A DNA stretch of 32,000 nucleotides from Candidatus Nanopusillus sp. (lineage in GTDB: Archaea > Nanobdellota > Nanobdellia > Nanobdellales > Nanobdellaceae), in the NCBI GenBank assembly GCA_049414405.1, contig JBMSAQ010000002.1:30001-62000 (forward strand), read 5' to 3'. The translations under genes were made by a program, and so were the position numbers. The notes below the pieces were generated by a model. It was not told where the DNA came from. It was given only the letters and a program-made list of their open reading frames with translations, and did no database searches. This document shows, piece after piece, positions 23,691 to 31,307 of the stretch. The stretch's first letter is position 1. The number at the start of each line of letters is the position of its first letter.

Positions 23691-24352
23691 TTTAATTAAA
23701 GAAATGGATTTTCAATTTTGGTGGCCAGTAGATGTAGATTATCATAATAAAAATGAAGGAGATTGGAGGGTAGAAATAATTATAGGATCAATACTGACAC
23801 AAAACACAAAATGGAATTTAGTAGAAAAAAATTTAGAATACTTAAAATCAAAAAATTTTATCTTTAGATTAGAAAATATAAATAACTTGTCTATTAGTGA
23901 TATAAAAGTTCCATTTAGATGAAGGAAACTAGAAACATTAAAATCTTTATCTAATTATATATTAGAAAACTATGGAAACATTGATAATTTTTCTAAATTA
24001 GAAATAAGTGAAATGAGGAAAGAATTATTAAAAATAAAGGGAATTGGAAAAGAAACATGCGATGCAATAATATTATATTCATTTGAAAATCCAATATTTG
24101 TAGTAGATTATTATACTAAAAAATTTTTTAATAGATTTGAAGAATACGATAAATTAAGAGTTGAAATAGAAAAAATTATAAATGATAATTTTAATGAAAT
24201 ATATAAATTATTTTTAGATAAGTTAAAAAATATTGAAAATAGAAATCTTCCTTTTTTATCAGTATATGATCTAAAAAAAATATAAGTTATGAAGAAAAAT
24301 TGACGATAATATATAAAGAATTGCATGCAATGATTGATATAAAAATGAAAAA

Positions 24353-24360
24353 TTTAAAGT
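24353..24360 (+). promoter_or_regulatory. TATA-like box TTTAAAGT, starts 29 nt upstream of the aspS ATG
   Basis: Read directly. It overlaps the last codons of the frameshifted endonuclease III-like C-terminus. Confidence 0.4.
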
Positions 24361-24381
24361 AATTGTTTATACTAAATTTCT

Positions 24382-25716
24382 ATGGACATATATAATTATA
24401 AAAAAGGTTTTGAGTTATTGAAAAATAGGATAAATATAAAAGACCTTGAAAAGATTGAATATGATAGAGAAGTTATACTAGCTGGATGGATAATAAATAT
24501 AAAAAATATTGGAAATATATCGTTTATTATATTAAGAGATCAGACTGGAGATGTTCAAATAACAATAAAAAAAGAAATATTTAATGATATAGAATTTGTT
24601 AAAGAATTTTCTTTGCATACATTTATAGTAGTTAGGGGAAAATACATAAAAGGAATTGCAAAAAAATATAAAGAGATTGTTGCAGAAGAACTATATTTAA
24701 TTAGCGAACTGGCAGATAGATTGCCTATAGATGAAAATTCATATTTTGAAAAAAGAATGAATTATAGATGGGTTGATCTTAGGGATCCAAAGAGAAGTTT
24801 AGTAATTAAGCTAACATCATATGCAATAAAATACGTTAGAGAATACTTATATAATGATAATTTTATTGAAATATTCTCTCCAAAAATAATAAGTACTGCA
24901 TCTGAAGGAGGAGCAGAAGTTTTTGAATTAAAATATTTTGATAAAAAAGCATATTTAGCACAATCACCACAATTCTATAAACAAATGGCAATATGTTCTG
25001 GTTTTGAAAGAGTATTTGAAATTGCACCGGCTTTTAGAGCAGAACCTTCCTTTACATCAAGACATTTAACTGAATTTACATCCTTTGATGTAGAAATTGG
25101 GTATATAAATTCACATTATGATGTAATGAAAGTTTTAGAGGAAATTATAAAATACACAAATAAAAAAATTAAAGAAAATTTTGAAGATGAAATCAGAAAA
25201 TATTATAATGTAGATATATTTATTCCAGGAAATATTCCAAAAATAAAGATGGAAGAAGTGTATGAAATTGTTGGAAAAAATAATATAAAAGAAAATGGTG
25301 ATATAACATCAGAAGGGGAAAAAATCTTGGGAGATTATGTTAAAAAAACATATGACAATGAATTTGTATTTATAATTGATTGGCCCTGGACTGCAAGACC
25401 ATTTTATCATATGAAAGGGGAATCAATGAAAAATGGAATGATAACAACAAAAAGTTTTGATCTATTATATAATGGTTTAGAAATTTCTACGGGTTCTCAA
25501 AGAGAACATAGATATAAAATATTATTAGAACAAATAAAAGAAAAAGGATTAAATCCAGATAATTTTAAATATTATTTAGAATTCTTTAAATATGGTGCTC
25601 CAACAATGGGTGGATTTGGATTTGGTATTGCAAGATATATAAAACAATTATTAAATGTTGAAAATGTAAAAGAAGTAGTATTAATACTAAGAGATCCGAA
25701 TAGATTAGAACCATGA
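24382..25716 (+). CDS. aspS: Aspartyl-tRNA synthetase, archaeal type (class IIb)
   Basis: 444 aa. N-terminal OB (VILAGWIINIKNIGNISFIILRDQTGDVQI), LAQSPQFYKQ, motif 2 FRAEPSFTSRHLTEFTSFDVE, and motif 3 region GAPTMGGFGFGIARYI. Discrimination between Asp and Asp/Asn cannot be judged. Confidence 0.9.
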   Translation: MDIYNYKKGFELLKNRINIKDLEKIEYDREVILAGWIINIKNIGNISFIILRDQTGDVQITIKKEIFNDIEFVKEFSLHTFIVVRGKYIKGIAKKYKEIVAEELYLISELADRLPIDENSYFEKRMNYRWVDLRDPKRSLVIKLTSYAIKYVREYLYNDNFIEIFSPKIISTASEGGAEVFELKYFDKKAYLAQSPQFYKQMAICSGFERVFEIAPAFRAEPSFTSRHLTEFTSFDVEIGYINSHYDVMKVLEEIIKYTNKKIKENFEDEIRKYYNVDIFIPGNIPKIKMEEVYEIVGKNNIKENGDITSEGEKILGDYVKKTYDNEFVFIIDWPWTARPFYHMKGESMKNGMITTKSFDLLYNGLEISTGSQREHRYKILLEQIKEKGLNPDNFKYYLEFFKYGAPTMGGFGFGIARYIKQLLNVENVKEVVLILRDPNRLEP

Positions 25717-26453
25717 TTGATTTTTATATTGTATTTGTAGAACCAGAATCTGAAGACAATATAGGTGCATTAGCGAGAGTAATGGCAAATTTTAATTTTA
25801 AAAATCTTATATTAGTAAATCCTAAAGTAAATCCTTATGGAGATAAAGTAAAGATTGTTGCTAGAGAAAAAGGATGGGAAATAATAAAGAATATGAAAAT
25901 ATACAATAATTTAGACGAAGTAATTGATTTATTTGATATAAATTATGGTACAACTGGAGTTTCTTCAAAGATTGGAAATGAAGTATTAAGAAATCCGTTA
26001 ACTCCTAGAGAATTTGCAAATTCTATATATAAATATGATGGTAAGATTGGCATATTTTTTGGAAGAGAATCTAAGGGCTTTAGTAGTGAAGAATTAGATA
26101 AATTTGATGGAATAATTACAATTCCTGCATGTGAAGAATATTCAATAATGAATATAACCCATTCCGCAGCAATAATATTATATGAATTATTTATTTCTCA
26201 AAATAATCCAATAAGAAAAGTATTTAAATTAATAAATAATCAAGAAAGAAAATATTTATATAAAATGTTCAAAGATTTTGTAGATGTATTACCTTCTCAA
26301 GATTATAGAAAACCTTTCATATATAGAGGACTAAGAAATCTAATTGGAAAAGCATTAATTACGAAAAGAGAATATTCCTTATTAATGGGTATGTTAAGAA
26401 TTGCAAAAGAAAACATAGAAAATTGTAGGAAAAATAAAAACCAAACTTTATAA
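25713..26453 (+). CDS. SPOUT-class RNA 2'-O-methyltransferase, TrmJ-like
   Basis: 246 aa with IVFVEPESEDNIGALARVMANFNFKNLILVNPK, FGRESKGFSSEEL and ITIPACEEYSIMNITHSAAIILYEL (SpoU motifs 1-3). Its start overlaps the aspS stop (ATGA). Confidence 0.75.
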   Translation: MIDFYIVFVEPESEDNIGALARVMANFNFKNLILVNPKVNPYGDKVKIVAREKGWEIIKNMKIYNNLDEVIDLFDINYGTTGVSSKIGNEVLRNPLTPREFANSIYKYDGKIGIFFGRESKGFSSEELDKFDGIITIPACEEYSIMNITHSAAIILYELFISQNNPIRKVFKLINNQERKYLYKMFKDFVDVLPSQDYRKPFIYRGLRNLIGKALITKREYSLLMGMLRIAKENIENCRKNKNQTL

Positions 26454-26454
26454 A
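26447..26454 (+). promoter_or_regulatory. TATA box TTTATAAA, starts 30 nt upstream of the rpl31e ATG and overlaps the upstream stop codon
   Basis: Read directly (ac-tttataaa-att). Confidence 0.45.
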
Positions 26455-26476
26455 ATTTTGTTATTCAAATATCATA

Positions 26477-26800
26477 ATGCCTGAAGAAACTCAATTAGTA
26501 CAAACAGAAAATGTTCAACAGAATCAAGAAAGTGTTGAAAAGAAAGAAAATATACAAGAATTTCATATAAAAATAAATATAAGGAAATGGATATTAAAAA
26601 CACCATTAAAAAGAAGGGCAAAGAAGGCAGCAAAAATAATAAGAGAAATTATAATGAAGAGATATAAGTCAAAAAATGTTTTATTATCTGTAAGATTAAA
26701 CAATTACATTTGGTCTAGAGGGATTAAGAAACCACCAACAAAATATAAATTGAGAATAATTAAAAAGGAAGATAGAATATTTGCAGATGTTGATGAATGA
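26477..26800 (+). CDS. rpl31e: 50S ribosomal protein eL31 (L31e) with a Q/E-rich N-terminal extension
   Basis: The core FHIKINIRKWILKTPLKRRAKKAAKIIREIIMKRY...VRLNNYIWSRGIKKPPTKYKLRI matches L31e (…RRA.RA.K.IR.F......V.ID..LN..IWSRGI+.PP). About 26 extra N-terminal residues are present. TTTATAAA starts 30 nt upstream of this ATG. Confidence 0.85.
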   Translation: MPEETQLVQTENVQQNQESVEKKENIQEFHIKINIRKWILKTPLKRRAKKAAKIIREIIMKRYKSKNVLLSVRLNNYIWSRGIKKPPTKYKLRIIKKEDRIFADVDE

Positions 26801-27875
26801 GGGAAAAGCTATAATAAATTATAATCCAGATTTTTTAAAGAAATTATCATCAAAATTACCAGTATTTTATAACCCTTTAATGAAAATAAATAGAGATTTT
26901 ACAATAATGATATTAAAATCTTATTACAATATAACAAAGAAAGGTTTTGATATTTTGGATTGTATGGCTGCTACCGGTATTAGATCCATAAGAATATTAA
27001 AAGAAATACCAGAAGTTGTAAATAAAATATATATAAATGATATAAAAAAAGAAGCTATAGAAAATATAAAAGAAAATTTAAAGATTAATAATCTAGAAAA
27101 TGTTGAAAGAATAATTATATTAAATAAAGATTGTAGAGAACTATTATTAAAATATAAATTCGATTATATTGATATAGATCCATTTGGTTCCTCTATAGGT
27201 TTTGTAGAATTATTACCAAAGGCATTAAAAAATAATGGAATTGCTGGAATTACTGCAACAGATATTTCCTCATTATCAGGATCAAAGCCAAAATCTTGTT
27301 TAAAGAAATATAATACAATAGGAATAAAAACAGATTTTTATTTAGAGTTTGGATTAAGAAATTTAGCAAAATATATAATTATTGAAGGATTAAAATATGA
27401 TGTTGCATTAATTCCGATTTTTTCATATTATTATAATCATCATTATAGAATATTTGTTAAAAAAAGCACTAAGAGTAAAGATATAAATTATTTAATAGAA
27501 AATATAATGGAAATATATTATTGCAGAAATTGTGGGTATAAATCCTTAGAAAATGGAAAATGCAAAGTGTGCAATAATGATCTAATTAAGTTAGGACCTA
27601 TATATATTGGAAAATTATATAATGAAAATTTATTAAATGATATTAATAATAATATTAGTTCATTGAATTTAGATAAAGATGAAAGAAAAATAATCGATAG
27701 AATAATAAATTGTGACTCAAAAATAAATTTATGGTATTATTATGACATAAGAAAAATTTCATCTTTCTATAAAAATAATTTACCAAAAATAGAAAAAATA
27801 TTAGAAATAAATAACGGATGTAGAACTCATTTTACAAACTATGGAATAAAAACTTTATACTATCCAAAAATATAA
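26781..27875 (+). CDS. trm1: tRNA (guanine26-N2)-dimethyltransferase Trm1
   Basis: FYNPLMKINRDFTIMIL, LDCMAATGIRSIR, DIDPFGS, and Zn ribbon CRNCGYKS...CKVCNN. The start is uncertain (ATG at 26781, 26787 or 26793); all three overlap the rpl31e 3' end. Confidence 0.9.
   Translation: MQMLMNEGKAIINYNPDFLKKLSSKLPVFYNPLMKINRDFTIMILKSYYNITKKGFDILDCMAATGIRSIRILKEIPEVVNKIYINDIKKEAIENIKENLKINNLENVERIIILNKDCRELLLKYKFDYIDIDPFGSSIGFVELLPKALKNNGIAGITATDISSLSGSKPKSCLKKYNTIGIKTDFYLEFGLRNLAKYIIIEGLKYDVALIPIFSYYYNHHYRIFVKKSTKSKDINYLIENIMEIYYCRNCGYKSLENGKCKVCNNDLIKLGPIYIGKLYNENLLNDINNNISSLNLDKDERKIIDRIINCDSKINLWYYYDIRKISSFYKNNLPKIEKILEINNGCRTHFTNYGIKTLYYPKI
27854..27861 (+). promoter_or_regulatory. TATA-like box TTTATACT inside the trm1 3' end, starts 29 nt upstream of the 93-aa ORF ATG
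   Basis: Read directly. Confidence 0.35.
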
Positions 27876-27882
27876 ATATATT

Positions 27883-28164
27883 ATGAGATATAGTTTAGTA
27901 ATAAAAATAACCAAGAATATTTCTTTAGAAGGTAATGATAATTTAATTTGGTATATAAAAAATTATGCAAAAGATATAAATGATCTTGAATCTATATTTG
28001 AGGCATTAAAAAAATATAAGGAAAAATATAGAAAAAAGGGAAAAATAAATATAGTAATTATGGGGGATATAGATAAGAATATAATTGAAAAATACAAAGA
28101 TTATTTCAATATATTTAGTGAAAACTATATGCAAAGAAAAATTACAGAATTCATAAATAAATAA
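27883..28164 (+). CDS. Hypothetical small protein
   Basis: 93-aa ORF, K/I/N-rich, with no motif recognised. It fills the gap between trm1 and hef exactly and has TTTATACT starting 29 nt upstream of its ATG. Confidence 0.4.
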   Translation: MRYSLVIKITKNISLEGNDNLIWYIKNYAKDINDLESIFEALKKYKEKYRKKGKINIVIMGDIDKNIIEKYKDYFNIFSENYMQRKITEFINK

Positions 28165-28188
28165 AAATCTTTTTAATATTTTTATATT

Positions 28189-30429
28189 ATGTCTTCTATA
28201 GAATTGAGAGAATATCAAAAAAATATATTAGAATCATGCTTAAGAGAGAATACACTTGTTATATTACCAACAGGTACCGGAAAAACAATTATTGCCTTTT
28301 TTCTTATTATTGAAAGATTAAAATTATTTCCAGATAAAAAAATATATTTCCTAGCCCCAACAAAACCGTTAGTAAACCAGCATTATAATAATTTTATAAA
28401 AATTTTTCCGGATCTAAAGGATAAAAGTATTGTAATTACTGGTGATATTCATCAAGAGAGAAGAAATTATTTGTATAAACAAGGGAAAATAATTTTTGTG
28501 ACACCACAGACATTACAAAATGATTTAATAAGTGGAAGGGTTACATTTTATGATGCCTCGACAATAATATTTGATGAAGCACATAGAGCGGTTAAAAAAT
28601 ATTCATATACATTTATTGCAAAAAAGTTTGTAGAACAGGCAAGAGATTATAAAATAGTTGGATTAACAGCTTCTCCTGGTTGGAATATTGAAAGAATAGA
28701 AGAGGTAATAAACAATCTATATATAAAGAACATTGAAATAAGAACTGGAGAAGAAAAAGATATTAAAAAATATATGACTGGTATTGAAATCAAAAGAGTA
28801 GATATAGAATTAAATAACGAATTAAATAACATCAAAGATCTAATAATAAAAGCTATAGATTTAAGATTATCAAAAATAAAAGAATTAGATCCATCAATTG
28901 ATATCGATAAAGGTAAAAAGGATATACTAAAATGGATAGAAGAAATTAAAAAGAATTTAGAAACCAGAGGAAGAGATTATAGACTAAGAGAAATCATAGA
29001 GCTATTATCCGAAACATTAAAAATATATCATGCCCTAGAAGTTCTAGAAACACAAACTCTATATACTTTTATAAGTTATTTTAATGATATTGAGAATAAT
29101 ATAAGAAAAAGTAGGGCTGATTATGAAGTTTTGGGTGATATAAGAATAAAAAAGGCCATATATCTGGCAAAAGAATATATTAACAAAAATATTGAACATC
29201 CAAAATTATTAAAACTAATAGAAATATTAAAGGAAAATAAAGATAAGAAAATAATTGTATTTGCGCAAATAAGAAAAACTCTAGATAGAATAAAGGAGTA
29301 TTGCGATAAAAACAATATAAAAGCCAAAAAGTTTGTTGGGAAAAAGGAAATGAGTAGAAGTGAACAGATAAAATTATTGAAAGATTTTTCAGAAGGTAAA
29401 TTCAATGTATTATTATCAACATCTGTTGGTGAAGAAGGTATTGATATTCCGAAGGTTGATATTGTAATATTTTATGAGCCCGTACCATCTGAAATTAGAT
29501 ATATACAAAGAAGGGGTAGAACTGGTAGAGGTGAAATAGGGGAAGTAATAATATTAGTTACAAAAAATACAATAGATGAAAGATTTTACTGGGTTTCAAT
29601 AAAGAAGGAAAAAAAGATGCTATATATAATTAAAAGAATAAAAAAATATCTAAAAGTAAATAATAATATAGAAGAAAATAATATAAATAATAAAATGATG
29701 GCTGAAAGCGTTGAAAAATCCAGAGGAATATTTAAGTATATTACAGGTAATCAGATCTCTCAAGAAAAGGATAATTCACCAAATGTTATTAATACAAAAT
29801 CTAACGTTCCTATGATTGTTGTAGACTATAAAGAAAAAGAATCTGGAGTAGTACAAACTTTGGCAAATACAGATATTTTAATAAAATTGGAAAATTTGGA
29901 TGTTGGAGATTATATAATTGGAGATTTAATAATTGAAAGAAAAAATATATTAGACTTCATTAATTCTATATTAGATGGAAGGTTATATAATCAATTAGAA
30001 AAATTAAAGGATAAAAAATCTATATTAATATTAGAAGGAACAGAAGATAGCTTTGGGATAGATACAAACATTTCAATAAGCTACATAAGAACGTTAATAC
30101 TAAAGATAATTTTAGAATATAAAATACCAATTATAAGAACTTCAGACTTTTTAGAAACAGCAAATTATTTATATTTATTAGCAAAAAATTATAATAAATT
30201 CCCAAACATACCTGAAAGGACAAAGAATTATGAAGACCTTGATGAAGTTAAATTAGAAATATTAAAAACCATACCGGGTATTGGAGAAAATCTGGCGTTA
30301 AAATTATTAGAAAGATTTAAATCATTAAAGAATATTTTCTTAGCGAATAAAACCGAGTTAGAAAATATTGTTGGAGAAAAGAAAGCTGAAAGAATTAAAA
30401 AGATATTTGAAGAAGAATATAAAAAGTGA
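28189..30429 (+). CDS. hef: Hef: SF2 helicase fused to XPF/Mus81-family ERCC4 nuclease and (HhH)2
   Basis: 746 aa. Helicase motifs: LREYQ, LPTGTGKT (I), FDEAHRAV (II), LTASPG (III), YIQRRGRTGR (VI). Nuclease motif: GDYIIGDLIIERKNILDF (GDY...ERK). The (HhH)2 region is IPGIGENLALKLLERF...VGEKKAERI. Confidence 0.9.
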   Translation: MSSIELREYQKNILESCLRENTLVILPTGTGKTIIAFFLIIERLKLFPDKKIYFLAPTKPLVNQHYNNFIKIFPDLKDKSIVITGDIHQERRNYLYKQGKIIFVTPQTLQNDLISGRVTFYDASTIIFDEAHRAVKKYSYTFIAKKFVEQARDYKIVGLTASPGWNIERIEEVINNLYIKNIEIRTGEEKDIKKYMTGIEIKRVDIELNNELNNIKDLIIKAIDLRLSKIKELDPSIDIDKGKKDILKWIEEIKKNLETRGRDYRLREIIELLSETLKIYHALEVLETQTLYTFISYFNDIENNIRKSRADYEVLGDIRIKKAIYLAKEYINKNIEHPKLLKLIEILKENKDKKIIVFAQIRKTLDRIKEYCDKNNIKAKKFVGKKEMSRSEQIKLLKDFSEGKFNVLLSTSVGEEGIDIPKVDIVIFYEPVPSEIRYIQRRGRTGRGEIGEVIILVTKNTIDERFYWVSIKKEKKMLYIIKRIKKYLKVNNNIEENNINNKMMAESVEKSRGIFKYITGNQISQEKDNSPNVINTKSNVPMIVVDYKEKESGVVQTLANTDILIKLENLDVGDYIIGDLIIERKNILDFINSILDGRLYNQLEKLKDKKSILILEGTEDSFGIDTNISISYIRTLILKIILEYKIPIIRTSDFLETANYLYLLAKNYNKFPNIPERTKNYEDLDEVKLEILKTIPGIGENLALKLLERFKSLKNIFLANKTELENIVGEKKAERIKKIFEEEYKK

Positions 30430-31283
30430 TTGCAATCACTCATTGGGATATAGATGGAATAGCGTGTCTATCAATATTATATAAAAAATTTGGTGATAAA
30501 TTTAAAGTTTATTTTTCAAGTCCAAGATTAATAAATAATACATTAATAAAGGTAATAGAAAACAATGATAAAGAAGAAGAATTATATATTACGGATATTG
30601 CAACAAATCAGGAAGCTATATATTTAGCTTCATATTTTAGAAAAGTTTATTGGATAGATCATCATGAAAAAAATTTTAATGAGCTTACATCCAGGGTGCA
30701 TGTTTATATAAAAAATTATAAATCTGCTGCCAGGGTTTTGTCAGAATACCTAAACGTTGAATTTAAATATTTGGATATTATTGATGATATAGATTTTGGA
30801 GAAATAAAGAATAACATAGAGAGGGATTTTGTAGATTATGTAGTATCAATAAGATATTTTTATCCAAAATCATATGATTTATATTTTATATCTATAGCAA
30901 AAAATTTATTAAACAAGGATATTAAGGAAATAATCGATCATGGTATCATAAAAAGATTTAGAAAAGAATTAAATGAAATATATAGAAATTTGGATAAAAA
31001 TATAACAGTAATAGATAAAAAATATAAAATTTATATAATAAAATTGGATAAAAATATACCATCAAACTATATTTTAGAATATATAAAAGAAAAAATAAGA
31101 GATAATCCAGATTTTATAATAACATTATATGAGAAATCTAAAAGAGGGGAAATAAGGACATTAAATAATAAAGAAGTAGATGAAATAGCAAAATTGCTTA
31201 ATGGTGGTGGTCATAAGTATGCTGCAGGATTTACATTTAATAATGAAAGGGAAGTTTATGAAAAAATATTAAATAATATTTAA
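30426..31283 (+). CDS. DHH/DHHA1-family phosphoesterase (small RecJ/NrnA-like nuclease)
   Basis: 285 aa from a GTG start that overlaps the hef stop (GTGA). DHH motifs: THWDIDGIAC (I), YITDIA (II), WIDHHEKN (III). DHHA1 motif: LNGGGHKYAAGF. Confidence 0.75.
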   Translation: MIAITHWDIDGIACLSILYKKFGDKFKVYFSSPRLINNTLIKVIENNDKEEELYITDIATNQEAIYLASYFRKVYWIDHHEKNFNELTSRVHVYIKNYKSAARVLSEYLNVEFKYLDIIDDIDFGEIKNNIERDFVDYVVSIRYFYPKSYDLYFISIAKNLLNKDIKEIIDHGIIKRFRKELNEIYRNLDKNITVIDKKYKIYIIKLDKNIPSNYILEYIKEKIRDNPDFIITLYEKSKRGEIRTLNNKEVDEIAKLLNGGGHKYAAGFTFNNEREVYEKILNNI

Positions 31284-31307
31284 ATTTTTTACTATTAATT
31301 TATATTC

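Larger units (their letters stand above)
23671..24362 (+). pseudogene. Endonuclease III-related HhH-GPD protein (COG2231-like), interrupted by an in-frame TGA (23920-23922) and a frameshift at an A8 run (24273-24280)
   Basis: Track ORFs 23671..23922 and 24013..24285 are in the same frame, and no other stop lies between them. The joined product reads ...WWP...IIGSILTQNTKWNLVEKNL...DIKVPFR*RKLETLKSLSNYILENYG...LLKIKGIGKETCDAIILYSF.NPIFVVDYYTKKFF. The family's conserved C-terminal YKEFHALIV..K block appears as YKELHAMIDIKMK only in the -1 frame after the A8 run, ending at TAA 24360-24362. Confidence 0.65.

Noticed and set aside
23920-23922. Possibility that TGA is a sense codon in this organism (alternative genetic code)
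   Set aside because: TGA closes several well-delimited genes at family-typical lengths: mre11 at 703-705, aspS at 25714-25716, rpl31e at 26798-26800, and hef at 30427-30429, mostly in ATGA/GTGA overlaps. Genome-wide reassignment is therefore not supported, and the in-frame TGA is treated as a local lesion.
26477-26560. Q/E-rich 26-residue N-terminal extension of L31e as a separate feature or mis-called start
   Set aside because: There is no in-frame ATG between 26477 and the conserved core, and a TTTATAAA box sits exactly 30 nt upstream of 26477. The extension is therefore probably real. It is simple low-complexity sequence and I cannot attach significance to it.
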